From Tubiluchus corallicola (lineage: Eukaryota > Animalia > Priapulida), in NCBI GenBank assembly GCA_030141605.1, contig JAQGDQ010000849.1, positions 1 through 64,000 on the forward strand: a stretch of 64,000 bases of DNA, given 5' to 3'. The notes below the pieces were generated by a model. It was not told the DNA's origin and did no database searches. It saw only the letters and a program-made list of their open reading frames with translations. This document shows positions 13,793 through 26,124 of the stretch, piece after piece; within the stretch, counting starts at the first letter, position 1, and every line of letters starts with the position of its first letter. The position numbers were made by a program, and so were the translations under genes.

Positions 13793-14148
13793 ACGAAAAT
13801 GGTCTCCGGAAACTTGAAAACTCGCTATAAGTACCTAGGCAACGGCAGTTTCCCGTCTGCGTATTGCTGCGTGATGCGTATTCGGACGATAGCGATCACA
13901 TTTGAATGAATACGGATCACTCATTACGCACTATGGATTGCACATTACATACACATGGAAACACTTCTACGTGTCTAACTACAAACTGTTGTGTACGCAT
14001 TACGCATCACATACACATGGAGTTGGATAGCAGAAATTTACTCACAGCAGGCAGTAAAATTGACTTTAGAGATTTGCCTGGTTTTGATTTTCCTTCTTTG
14101 TTTCCGCATGTTCTCTTTTAGCTATTGAAACGTTTTTTTCATTTTCAG

Positions 14149-14257
14149 CATTCCACTTTATCTAGGAAGTTTGTCGAAGTTATGAGTGATTATAATGCAA
14201 CGCAAACCGACTATAGGGAGCGTTGCAAAGGTCGTATACAGCGACAACTAGAAATAA
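14149..14257 (+). CDS. STX1A: Syntaxin-1 internal exon (Hc helix)
   Basis: attttcag|CAT...ATA A|gtaagt; [36 protein letters not shown]; 109 nt. Confidence 0.97.
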
Positions 14258-15270
14258 GTAAGTATTTTTTTGTACAATCTGCCACAGGTGGGTCCAGCGC
14301 TCTGGAAAAGGATTTTGTTTTGTTGTTAATAGAACAAGAATGGACCTAATTTCTTGAACAGAACCCCAGGGCTCCCGCCAAATAATACTTTAGTCTATGT
14401 TAGTGTTTGTAAACATCTTGTGACCATTTCAGTGGCGACTCGTAGCTAAAGTTACTGGGTTGCTGCTTCAAAACCGTTGTATTAATACTGAGATATTTGA
14501 ATGTCACATGTTGAACGGCCTCTTTGCTTAACTGCAACTTTCTCACGGAGAGACAACTGTGAATCATTAAGCTGTTGTAGTTCACTTAACAGTCACAGAA
14601 CTTCTTGGGAGTGCAAAGAGACCATGAGCAAATTATTTAATTTTTAAGAACAACACACGCTGAATTAAAATCTAATTCTACACTTCATCACATTCAAGAA
14701 TATGTCGGCACATGGTTTTTAAGCACGTGATAACTGACAACACACACTGCAGGAGCGACAGTTCTTTTTCTGTCTAGCGTGCAGCATCTTCACTCAAACA
14801 TGGATGCATGGCCACATGTGCACAGCAGGCAAACGCCACGTGCTGGAGTTGTGAAGTGCACAGTTTCGTCACGTGCTCTGGTTCCGTACACGTATAAAGA
14901 AATTAAAGAAAAAGTGCTCATATAAATATCATTGATAATATCGAGTGAAAATAGGGGGTGCTGCAGTTCCACAGTACCAATACACAAGCCACCACTAGAC
15001 AGTTTAGACAACAAAGATAAAGACAAAATTTACTTACCGTCGCCTGCTTAACAGACATTAGGACTAACGGTTATTTACTGACTTACACTGACGGACGCAA
15101 CTCACAAATAATGAATAAAACACGTAGGGCATATGCCCTGGCATTGGCAGCCACTAGAATTGAACTCAGGAATGCATGGTTACAGTCTGAAAACTAGTAC
15201 ACTTGGCCTTCCTACCCAGGGCATGTTTAAGCCTACTTGTATATATTAGAATAGCAGGTGTTTTCATATA

Positions 15271-15697
15271 CAGTGTTCCCTCACTTATCGCAGGTGTTCC
15301 GTTCCAGGCCCACCCGCGATAAGTGAATTTCCCCGAAGTAGGGACACTGTACTTATTTGCGAGCGCAAGTACTACATTTCGTTTTTGGTGAGTATTCATC
15401 CGCCGGATAAATACACTATTTACTGTAAATGATAATTTTTTATAATTTATAATATTCTTTTAATGTTAGAATTAATATTTTTAATTTATTTTTATACATT
15501 TTGTTATTTTTTATATGATTTTTTTTATTATACATTACTGTACAATACGTACTACGCATGTGCAAAAATACTTTAGACGGAGTGCCGCAAAAACACGTGA
15601 AACAGCGAAAATACCGCGATAAATATTTTACATTTTGAAAACCCGCAAAACAGCGAGTCCACGATAAACGAACTAATGAAGTAGCGAAGGAACAGTT
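15271..15697 (+). mobile_element. Internally deleted copy of the same pogo/Tigger-like MITE
   Basis: TA|CAGTGTTCCCTCACTTATCGC...GAAGTAGCGAAGGAACAG; lacks ~230 bp present in 20675-21335. Confidence 0.75.
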
Positions 15698-16030
15698 TAT
15701 ATCTAAGTGGGCCTAATGACACTGGTGAATGTATTATGTTGCATCTATACTGGTTTTCTGCATCGTAGTTTGAGCATTCCAAGCACGTTGCTCTACTCCT
15801 TGACGGATTTGTTATTTATCGTGAAAGCTCAGCTATCTAGCAATCAGCAGCTTTTAACAACATAAATGCTCTCAACTTTTACTGAAAACTTTACTAACTT
15901 GTTGATGAAATTGTAAAAATGGCTGCATAATATTTAACATTTTTACTTGGACGATAGTAGGTAAGCATTACTTGTCCAATTTTTTCTCGTTTTGAAGAAG
16001 GTAAAATGGTAGCATCAGAGATTTTGCATG

Positions 16031-16430
16031 CAGGCCCGGATTATAACCTTTTGAGGCCCCTAGACTAATGAAATTGTGCCCCGCCTGTTGGAGCCACCCT
16101 CTAACTAGCCCGTGCCTGTAGTGATATATTTTAGCGAGATATACATAGCTAAACTTATTGCAAATTCTTTAAGTAAGCTAGATTAGCTATTGTTTGTTTA
16201 AAAAATATTCTTCCAGAAATACAACTATTTTACTATTTATTCCAAACTAAATTAGCGCAATACGTTCAGCACAACCGTTTCAGCACAACACATTTCAGGA
16301 CATGTTCAGCACAACTGTTTCAGCTCAGCCCAACACCTTCAGCACAAAACAAATTTTTTACCAAATGTTAACCAAAGCTTGAGGAGCCCTAGGCCGCAGC
16401 CTATACTAGCCTATAGGATAACCTGGCCCT
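16031..16430. mobile_element. hAT-like MITE
   Basis: CAGGCCCGGATTATAACCT...AGGATAACCTGGCCCT inverted ends; the right end recurs, tandemly amplified, at 39077-39240. Confidence 0.6.
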
Positions 16431-16775
16431 ACTTTCCGGCTACCAAAATTATCAATAGCAAGAATAATACTAGGGTTTCATAGACTCTAGAGAAATTTTC
16501 TGCGAACACTAGTTTTTTATTCTATTTTGAGAGTTACTGCAGCAGCGGACATGCATTGTAAAACCTCCGCGCTCTCTGCCTAACGAAGGTCGACATTGAT
16601 TACTGTTACCTGGTGAAGTACCTTGGTTGCTGCTTAGGCACAATGTAGTTTAACGAGTTACCTGTCAATATTGCCTAGAATGACATTGATTCTTGCTGAG
16701 CGCTCGCTCTTCAATGTTGCACATGTTTGCAGGGAGCAGTTATTGTGCAAATATCATGTTTTCTATGCATGTGCC

Positions 16776-17011
16776 AGTTATTCAATCAACGGTTTACAAA
16801 GCTGCTGTTTGCACAGGCACCAATTTAGCAAGATTATGGATAATTCCCAATGCACCTTTAAAAATATTTTTGGCTGTTATTTAGAATTATGCATGCCAAA
16901 GTACTAAATAACAGCCAAAAAGATTTTTAAAGGTACATTGGGAATTATCCTTAATCTTGTTAAATTGGTGCCTGTGCAAACAGCAGCTTTGTGAACTGTG
17001 ACTGAATAACT
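16776..17011. repeat. Long inverted repeat (~108-bp arms, ~19-nt loop)
   Basis: AAAGCTGCTGTTTGCACAGGCACCAATTTA...GGCTGTTATTTAG pairs with CTAAATAACAGCC...TAAATTGGTGCCTGTGCAAACAGCAGCTTT. Confidence 0.95.
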
Positions 17012-17029
17012 AAAAAGGCATATAATATA

Positions 17030-17213
<184 letters not shown>

Positions 17214-18439
17214 ATTACATGCCTTTTTTGATTGATATTTTGTGACAGAGTTCAATTCAATTTTTTATGTGCCGGTTAATGTAAGTGAAGATCCATTCAC
17301 ATTGAATTTTTGAAACTTGCATTTGGTTTCATGTTGTGCATCCGAAAATTTATATAGCTTAGAATTTTTAAAGAATTATTTTTGCTTTTCAAAATGATTT
17401 CGCAACATAATTTTAAAACAAACTGCAGTGTGTCGTGCAGTGAAGTACTTCCTGATAACTGCAATGTCTGCCGCTAAATGTTTTTGAAAATCATCGAATT
17501 CAAAGCTTCAATTTTCACTCAAATCAAAACTGTAAAAGCCTGTCTTTCGTTTGCGCTACAGTAAAACTAATCGAATTTTGAAATCTTATGAAAATTTTGT
17601 ATCACTGCTGAGAAACTTTACGTAATTTTCCTTCCTTCGGGAAGTTTTTCGCATTCAGGATTAAGCAGGTTTGCTCGTCATTAATGCAAGTAATGGTGTT
17701 CCCGTTGAGACACCAAGGGAAGATCATGCTTTGGCGAGCAGACGAATTTCCGGGAAAAATGATTAATAATTTACGGAATGGCACCACAGTTGCTAAGGCT
17801 TTGAAACGCAAGTGCATCCGAAAAAACGGACAAGTCGTGTAGTTGAAACAGTGGTTGTTTTTTAATCAGGAATAAATCCAGTCGCCTTGACCACTAGATT
17901 ACACAGGCATAGTGTGCTCGACATGCACTAAATACAAGTCCAACAGTCTTTTTGATGTAATTTATGATTTTTTATTGTCCAAAATGGGCAATCATCGTCT
18001 CATCCCAAAATCACTATCACATCATGACATATTTGACTGACTGACTGACTGACATATTATGAGCGACTCGACTTCGTTTTATCTGAAGCAAATAAAAAAA
18101 CATTTTCTGCTAATCCAATGTCAAAAGGATAATTGACTGCTATAATGAAAATGTGTAATAATTTTATGAAATATGAAGAAATCAAACTTAGGGTACATCT
18201 TTGCCGCATCTTACTAACTTGCTAAAGAGAACTCGACTGACAAAATTTTATTACTAAACTATATGACGTACTGAACAAAAATGACTTCTTTCCTATGCTG
18301 TCTGCAAATGAGGCCAATGGCCTATTTCCTGTCCTAGCTCACATGTCTCTCAACAGCCTAAATTTGCAAAAAACAAACACAAGGAGGCACCACGTGTTTA
18401 TATCTAAAACACATAGTAAAAATTTATTATACCTTTTGG

Positions 18440-18636
18440 TGGAAATTGACAGTGCGCTGCTTTTCTTCAGCTAATCAATGATGTCATTGGTGTTCAAATA
18501 GGGAGCACAAAAACGTGAAATAATCGCTAGTTTAAAATGGTTTTACTAATTACACGAGGCTCTTATCATTAAATCCTTCTAACATTTTTTGCGTGCGTTG
18601 AAAAAGCCAAACTTCCTAGAAGGCTTGACATTTCCT
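18440..18636 (+). mobile_element. Family C partial copy (right end)
   Basis: GGAAATTGACAGTGCGCTGCTTTTCTTCAG matches ~2810-2840; ends TTTCCT|TTAA. Confidence 0.6.
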
Positions 18637-18770
18637 TTAACCCGTTTGCAAAAATTCCGGCAAAAAACTCCTAGTTTTAAGCTTGTGTTGATTCATGGGT
18701 ACGTCTGTCATTACACGCACTCCCATTCAAGAGAGTTGTAATTTATTGTCCACTTCAGTATAAGTACGTT

Positions 18771-19148
18771 ATCACATTGTAACTGTTATGCATGAAATCA
18801 GTTGTAATTACAATGATTGTAAAAGAACTGTATTAATATAGTTACTAACTGCATAATAGTTTATCAACAGGAAATATACGCTGCATGTATGCAGCATAAT
18901 TACATCATCGCATTGTAACTGCTATGCATCAAATCAGTTGTAATTACAATGATTGTAAAAGAACTATATTAATATAGTTACTAACTGCATAATAGTTTAT
19001 CAACAGGAAATATATGCAGCATATTTACATCATCACATTGTAACTGTTATGCATGAAATCAGTTGTAATTACAGTGATTGTAAAAGAACTATATTAATAT
19101 AGTTACTAACTGCATAATAGTTTATCAACCGGAAATATATGCTGCATG
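18771..19148. repeat. ~130-bp tandem repeat, ~3 copies
   Basis: ATCACATTGTAACTGTTATGCATGAAATCAGTTGTAATTAC...GGAAATATA repeated. Confidence 0.92.
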
Positions 19149-19391
19149 GTGGTGAAGAAGCAATAAAATAATAGAATAAGAAAGATAAAAAGAGAAAATA
19201 AATCAAATACAAAGGAGTTGTCTGTGTGACAGGGGCTGCCTTGCCATTACTATTGTATGTGGCTTCATCGGGACATTCTGTCACAATACAATTGTGCATA
19301 CTTTGGCGCCAATCCGCTTTCAGTGACTTATGGTTTATAAGTAATGAAATGAAGGTCTTTGACAGCTAACTCATTCATGAATATTTTTCAG

Positions 19392-19465
19392 CTGGTAAGA
19401 CGACCACGAATGAGGAATTAGAGGGCATGTTAGAGTCGGGAAATCCTGCAATATTTACCGAAGGG
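19392..19465 (+). CDS. STX1A: Syntaxin-1 internal exon (linker)
   Basis: atttttcag|CT GGT...GAA GGG|gtgagt; (T)[24 protein letters not shown]; 74 nt. Confidence 0.96.
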
Positions 19466-19614
19466 GTGAGTAAATGATTAAAAGGGTAAGAAAGTACTCT
19501 TCGTTAATTCACCTGTATACTGTCTTATTGCATACAGAGCTTGCCTTAGCAGTAACGTTGGTTAAAACTTGTAAATTTAAACTCCTGCAGTGACTTAAGC
19601 ATGGCCATTTTCAC

Positions 19615-19853
19615 GGGTGGTGTAGCTCAATGGTAGCGTGCTCGCTTTCCAACCGGGAGGTCATGAGTTCAACTCTCGGCCGAGTCATACCAAAGACTTG
19701 AAAAATGGTACCGCTGGTTCTTCGACCAAGCAACTGGGTTTATCAAAATAATGTGCGGGTAGTAATAATTGGGATCACCTTGGCAGTAACTATTGAGTTA
19801 CTTAAGGTGTTGTCCTTGGACTGCGTCCTAAATGAAATTATTCTGTTATTATT
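19615..19853 (+). mobile_element. tRNA-derived SINE (Gly-TCC-like head)
   Basis: A-box GTAGCTCAATGGTAG, TTTCCAA loop, B-box GAGTTCAACTCTC, no proper acceptor stem. Continues into GAGTCATACCAAAGACTTGAAAAATGGTACC, recalled as a conserved SINE central domain, and an AT-rich tail. Confidence 0.75.
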
Positions 19854-20674
19854 GTAGCGGTAAGTCATTTGAAACAAGTTTAGATAAAATGTTTGAAAAA
19901 ATAATTACAGCATTCGCAGCACACTCTTCACTAATTAATAAGAAGCTTAAATTATCTCATCCTGTCAGTAAGATCAATAATATTCTTTTTGGTGAATCGG
20001 TGGTGCACACTGGGATAGCGCGATGCAGTGACATCTTACCAGTTGGCAGGAACATTTTAAATTACACTTAAATGTCTTTTCCAGTTACCGAAGTCGTATC
20101 TGGTGAGCGTAATGCTAAATAATACGATTTTGTACGGAATTATTTTAATATATTCTTTAAGAACCCCTTTTCTTCCCTTTTAATACAAAAATAACTTGTT
20201 ATCTGGACAGGTTGGGCAAGAATAGAAGGGCCGTGAATATTGTTTGTGTGACATCAGTTACAAATTTCCTGTCAGGCAAAGTTTGGCGACACATTTGTTC
20301 ATCTTAGTTCACACTCATCAAAGAAAATTTCGCTTTCGGCAGTGTGAATGTTTGTTTGGTTTGAAGAGTCGATTTGAATAATTTTGAAGCGGTTCTGCCG
20401 TGACATTCACAGGATGAATCTTCCTTCATTATTACGTGATTTTCCCCTGTTGCGTATTACGTTGCTGTGACAGGCGGCTTTACTAGCATTATTTATTATC
20501 CCAGCGGACAAGTGCGTGCTCGATTTTCATAAAATTGGAAAGACTGCTGGTCTTATCACTCGCAGAATTTATTAGAATGAGTTTCATAGCCTTCTACATA
20601 TTAATTAGATGCCTGCTATTATTTAGCTGTTTTGCTGGAATATTAGTTGACTTTATTTCCCCGCTTAGTGAGTA

Positions 20675-21335
20675 CAGTGCTCCCTCGCTTATCGCGGGTG
20701 TTCCGTTCCAGGCCCACCCGCTATAAGTGAATTTCCGCGAAGTAGGGACGCTATACTTATTTTAGTAGTTGTACATTATTTTAAGTCTTTATAAACCCTC
20801 TCCACACTCTTATACATAACCCTTTCCCATTCCCTTAATAACTTTTCCCATACTGTACATGTACCTTTTTAAAAACTCTACTTAAATGTTCATAAAAATA
20901 TTCATTGCACGGTCCCTGAGCTAATCAGCGACTGGGATACTAATCGTGTGTTGTGTTACAATCTCACGTCGACAAGTAGTATCTCAAGCATGCGCAAGTA
21001 CTATATTTCATTTTTGGTGTGTGTTCATCCGCCGAATGAATACACTGTTTACTGTAAATGGAAATTCTTTATGATTTATAATATTCTTTTATGTTAGAAT
21101 TAATATTTTTAATATATTTTTATCCAGTTTGTGATTTTTTTTGCAAAATTCATCAAATCTATACATTACTGTACAAGACGTACTACGCATGTGCAAAAAT
21201 ACTTTAGACGGAGTACCGCAAAAACCCGGAAATCAGCGAAAATACCGCGATAAATATTTTACATTAATATTTTTGAAAACCCGCGAAACAGCAAGTCCGC
21301 GATAAAGGAACCCCGAAGTAGCGAGGGAAACACTG
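20675..21335 (+). mobile_element. pogo/Tigger-like MITE
   Basis: TA|CAGTGCTCCCTCGCT...AGCGAGGGAAACACTG|TA: TIRs plus TA target duplication. Confidence 0.8.
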
Positions 21336-21429
21336 TAATGTCGTGAACTTGTACGTTTCACATTTTATGGTGCTCATATTTATATTCATCCTAAGAGTTG
21401 AGAAAAGCGCAATTTTAAAGTGTGTCCCA

Positions 21430-21950
21430 AGAAGCTTTCCATGAAAACTTATTTTACTTAGCATTACTCTTACCTGTGTAGAAGACTCATGTAATTGGAA
21501 AAGACAGTTCTTAATAAGTTAAAATATGCATCCCATGCGGTAAAAGGTGCCCCATCCCAGGTGGCACAGCACCCCATCCCAGCATGCATCATGATTCACT
21601 AAAAATCACATTATCAATCTTATTAAGAATATAAAGTAATTTTAACTTTGGTTAGTTAGCATTGAGTGTGCTACGCATGCTCTGATTATTTTTTCAAAGT
21701 TTACGCATTGTTATCTAGACTTGTTTCAAACGAATTGTCGTTAAAACGGCTGCACCTAACGGTCATCGCGGGAGTTTAAATTTAATTTTGATTTCAATTT
21801 AATTTATTTATTTGCACATTTAAAAGTTTTATTACAACCTTGCTGCTAATATGAGTCCTGTGTGCAATACAACTGATATAACAAGATATTTCAAGATAAT
21901 TTTTTTTAAGCTTCATGGAAAGCATTTTTTGTGTTTTAAATAACAAGCCA
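21430..21950 (+). mobile_element. Family G internal fragment
   Basis: Colinear similarity to 12460-12910. Confidence 0.55.
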
Positions 21951-22267
21951 AATTTACAGGTTAGAAGTTGAAAGACGAAGCGTTAGGCGATGTACAAATA
22001 TTTCTCATTTTTTACCCTGAAATTTCTTCATGTAGAACAGCTGCTTAGAAATTCGCTTTTTTCCTTGGACTTCTTACTTATGGAATTCTTTACCAGAGAC
22101 TTTTTCCCTTGCTAACTACAGTCTCACCAGTTTCAAGAAGAATGTTCCTCAGTCTCCCAGAATTCATTCTCTGGAACGCTTCATTTGAATGAATGTGGGT
22201 TGAAGACGAGCTGTATAATTTGTATACTGTACATTCAGCAGCTTGCTATAGGATGGAGTGTAAGAAT

Positions 22268-22827
22268 TGTTGTTGTTGGCATCCTTCTGTCTTGGAAGAC
22301 AATGGAGTGTGCGCCAAGAGAGTCAGTTATTGATCACATTGATGGAATTGCAGCGTCGACTGTGGCTGAGCAGTCCAATCCTTGAACCACTGGAGTGGCC
22401 TCTCCAGGGCACATGCCTGGGCAAGGTGCATGGCGATCCTGAGTTGTCCAGACAACAGGAACCCCCTCTCTTCCTCCCTGGTGTTGTCCAAAGGAAAGTG
22501 GAGCAATACGTTTGGCACCAAGTTGGCTGCAGGAGCTGCCGGAGTCAGTGAGCATGCTTTACTGGTCCGCCTTCGGGGCTTCACTCCTGATTTGGAAGGT
22601 TTACTCCTCTACACATGGCCGTTGGGTCACTTGACCTCCTCCGCCCTCTAGCCGTTGGCTGCTTGTGCAGCTCCTCCACCTAGTGTCGAGATACAGTGTG
22701 GGTATCCCGCAAGCCTACAGCACCTGGTATTCCTAGGAGGTCACCCATCCAAGTACTAACGAGGCTCTACGTTGCTTAACTTCGTTGATCAGACGAGAAC
22801 CGGTATTTTCAACATGATATGGCCTTA
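22268..22827 (-). mobile_element. 5S rRNA-derived SINE (SINE3-type), ~560 bp, in syntaxin intron
   Basis: - strand: 5S-like head (GGCCATATCATGTTGAAAATACCGGTTCTCGTCTGATC...GTTAAGCAAC...AGTACTTGGATGGGTGACC...GCTGTAGGCTT, 22711-22827), ~440 bp GC-rich body and a (CAA)n tail. Exact 12-bp direct repeat GAGTGTAAGAAT at 22256-22267 and 22828-22839. Confidence 0.9.
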
Positions 22828-22855
22828 GAGTGTAAGAATAGGAGTCACTTTTTAA

Positions 22856-23440
22856 AGGAAAACCAGACCCAGTTTTAAAATGTAGGTCAAAACAATCTAG
22901 TCTTTAAAACATTGAAAGGAAACATACTATTTTTTCAAAAATGACTTACGTGAAAGAATTATTACCGCACAAAAATAATTTCACGTTCGTGCCACTAGTT
23001 CTTCGCTGTTGCCTGTATTTCACAATTTGCTAGTTAGAAGGGCACTAGTGCCTGCATTTCAGAAACGCATTATACAAAAACAGGTGCTGTACCTCTCAGT
23101 TCAGATGTACTCACTTGTAACGAACTACACGCGTTCGACAGCTCATGCGTGAGCACAGCAGTAAATTTTAATTTTTGTCTCAAAACTTGCCTAGTTTTAG
23201 TGCAACACACTGAATACCTTACAGTAGCACTGCACTTCTATTCTCGTTTTCACAAACACGTGATATACGCTCATGGAATATTTTTGCTGTTGAAAATTAT
23301 GTTAGTTTGTGATGTCATCAGTAGTTGGGCTCGTCCGCCGTCTATTATTTAATTATCAGAAATGCTTAAATGTGTTAAAAAGTATACTTTTTATCGGACT
23401 TAAAAATGGTGTAGCACATGAAAAATCATCCTGTGTTCCT
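22856..23440 (+). mobile_element. Family A copy
   Basis: TTAA|AGGAAAACCAGAC...ATCCTGTGTTCCT|TTAA; colinear with 11349-11976. Confidence 0.8.
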
Positions 23441-23715
23441 TTAAAAGTTTTCGTAATCATTACCTGAGAAAATGCTGCTTACTCGTTTTTCATTTTCATT
23501 TTTTACATAATACTTAATAGTATTTTTCGTCAGTTAAAAAATACTGAAGGCACACCATCCATTCTTGTATATTATGATCTTTTTTTATTACCTGCAGACA
23601 CTTTCTGTTTCTCTTTCTGGAATTTTTTGAAATTCTCACGTGCTCTTACTGTATTATATAGTCACATCACTGTAAACCTTACTGCATTATATAGTCGCAT
23701 TACTGGGTTTTTCAG

Positions 23716-23853
23716 ATCATAATGGAAACGCAACAAGCGAAGCAAAGTCTAGCGGATATTGAAGCAAGACATAATGACATTATTAAACTTGAGACCAGCA
23801 TTAGAGAACTACATGATATGTTCATGGATATGGCTATGCTTGTAGAAAGTCAG
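23716..23853 (+). CDS. STX1A: Syntaxin-1 internal exon (Qa-SNARE motif, N-half)
   Basis: tttttcag|ATC...AGT CAG|gtgatt; [46 protein letters not shown], ending at the zero-layer Q; 138 nt. Confidence 0.97.
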
Positions 23854-24448
23854 GTGATTATTTCTACTAGATGTAATCTTTTCTGATATGTGCAAATACC
23901 TATATAGACACGGGTGTTAATAACGATACATATCGATAATAAGTGACAAATAGTAAAATTTTATTTATACGTACAACAACACGTGTTATACTGTATATTT
24001 TTGCTACATTGACAATGCAGGTGTAGTTCTACAGTGGTACCTTGCACAGCTTGTAGCTGTAGAGTTTACTGTAGATACCTAACAATCATTGCAGTGAGCA
24101 GTAGTTGACTTAACACAGGCACTGCTAGCAGCCAAAGTGATTGAAAATGCAAATTGTTTAATCTGTAGTAGACTAATTATGCTGTTTACATATAAACTTG
24201 TGAAATGGCAAAAGTGAATCACCTAAATTATTGATAAATAAAAATCAAACAGTTTATCCAGTTATTTTAGCATTTAGCAAGATCCTAAAACTGTCGATTG
24301 GTAAAATATGTTTAGCATTTTTATCAATGGCTTCATCTAGTTTTTTACATCTGCTAAGGTTAACCAATGTATCATCTTAACACGTATTTATCGTATTGTA
24401 ACATTAGTATCTTGAGCTATGTATCATATCATGAGCTAGGTGCACCGT

Positions 24449-24605
24449 TAGCATTAATTAAAAAGGTTACTAATTTCATCTCAAGAATAGCATTAATTAA
24501 AAAGGTTACTAATTTCATCTGAAGAATAGCATTAATTAAAAAGGTTACTAATTTCATCTGAAGAATAGCATTAATTAAAAAGGTTACTAATTTAATCTCA
24601 AGAAG
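24449..24605. repeat. 39-bp tandem repeat, 4 copies
   Basis: GCATTAATTAAAAAGGTTACTAATTTCATCTGAAGAATA. Confidence 0.95.
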
Positions 24606-25273
24606 CAAGCGATAAATTTTGTTCTGTGATAAATTTTGTACCATGCAGGTCTGCACTGATTGGTTGAAACCAAATCACGTAAAACATAACAATATTTTGT
24701 TATTATAAAAGTGTTGATATACTAATAAACTAACTAATAATAAACATGATACAATGAATTCTCTGGACTGAGTCATTGTTCAGTTTGTTGTTGCTTACAA
24801 TTTGTAAATATTATTGTAAATAAATTTATTGTTGCTGCATTGGCAATTGTGAGCTTTGTGCGAGTATTTGCATAGGTCTCAAATATCACCACTTTGTCGT
24901 ATGATAAATTGTAGAGACGAGGCATATGTGCGACAATTCGTTTTAGTGCAGGTTTTTAAATTAAAAATTGTAAGGTGTGTATGTTACAGTGTATGTAACA
25001 GGTAGATAATTAGTATATTTTTGCTATTGAGTGCAGGTATAGTTTGAAAGTATTACGTAAAATTTTGTTGTCAAGCAAAAATATATAAACAATCGTTGTT
25101 TATTAATTCAAAAGCTGCATTTTAAGATAATTTCACTTCTCATTCCAGTTGTCTTGAGAAATAAATACACTTTCTCACTTACCCTGCCATCTTGCAGACT
25201 TCTGCAGCATCACTAATCCCATCGTTGACTCTTTGAGAGTTGATTAATTGAAAATATTCGCGTCTTCGTTTAG

Positions 25274-25384
25274 GGAGAGATGATCGACCGAATTGAATAC
25301 AACGTCGAGGCGTCAGTCGACTACATAGAAACGGCCAAAATGGACACAAAGAAAGCAGTAAAGTATCAGAGTAAAGCGCGACGG
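25274..25384 (+). CDS. STX1A: Syntaxin-1 internal exon (Qa-SNARE motif, C-half)
   Basis: tcgtttag|GGA...CGA CGG|gtaagc; [37 protein letters not shown]; 111 nt. Confidence 0.97.
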
Positions 25385-25472
25385 GTAAGCCAACAAAATC
25401 CCCAGTTAGGTGGCGTGTTATTAATTACCCTCCGCCTTTGTGGCACGGATTTCTTTCTGCAAATCATTATTT

Positions 25473-26124
25473 GTGTGCTTGCAAACTAAAGTCGTCCATA
25501 AGTCGACATAGTTAAAACTTCGCTATGATGCTTCAAAGTAGAATGGATCAAAAATTTGGTCAAATGTCGATTTTTTGTGTTTTGTATAAATATATATTGG
25601 GCTTTAATATTCCAGCATCAAATTGTCAAGAAAATGTTAAAAAATACTAAAAATCTAATTTTATAACCCCGTACTCACTTTTCTGTCTAGAAACTGGTAT
25701 TGCAATTGTAAAAAATTCATATTTTCCAGCTCAATAGTAGCTCGTGGAAGCAGTCATTTTGCTTCCGGATTTTTCTGTTGTCAAGCCCAGATCTTCGTCA
25801 GAAAGAGCCATCTATTGGATTTAAACACAACATCAAAGTTTTCTTGCAAAGTACGTAGCAACCAACATTTGTGCGGTTGCTAAGTGTCTTGTAAAAACGT
25901 AACAAAAAACAATGGCTAACTTTTAACAGTGATTTTCTCAAGGTTATGTTTTTCACTGCATAACCTGCACCTCAACTTCAACGTGGATTATCTCAGCTTA
26001 GACATATCGCAGAGCGGTGAACTTGGTATAAAAATGATCCTCGTGAAATGGAGATTCAGGATATGTGAATAAACTAAAAAAACTTAACTGCTGACTTACA
26101 GACGATTTTGCTATGCAAGCACAC
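25473..26124 (+). mobile_element. TIR element (MITE), superfamily unassigned
   Basis: GTGTGCTTGCAAACTAAAGTCGTCCATAAGTC...GACTTACAGACGATTTTGCTATGCAAGCACAC, ~30-bp imperfect TIRs; second copy at 35036-35731. Confidence 0.75.

Noticed and set aside
19615-19686. Functional tRNA-Gly gene
   Set aside because: Acceptor and anticodon stems pair poorly, and the sequence continues into a SINE-like body.
22185-22651. Overlapping short ORFs on both strands
   Set aside because: By-products of the GC-rich SINE body; no recognisable domain.
22711-22827. Functional 5S rRNA gene
   Set aside because: No oligo-T terminator, altered 5' end, and it is part of a TSD-bounded element.
25385-25489. Intron read-through giving a third syntaxin C-terminus
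   Set aside because: Strong donor at 25384; the extension is not a clean TMD and ends inside a MITE TIR.
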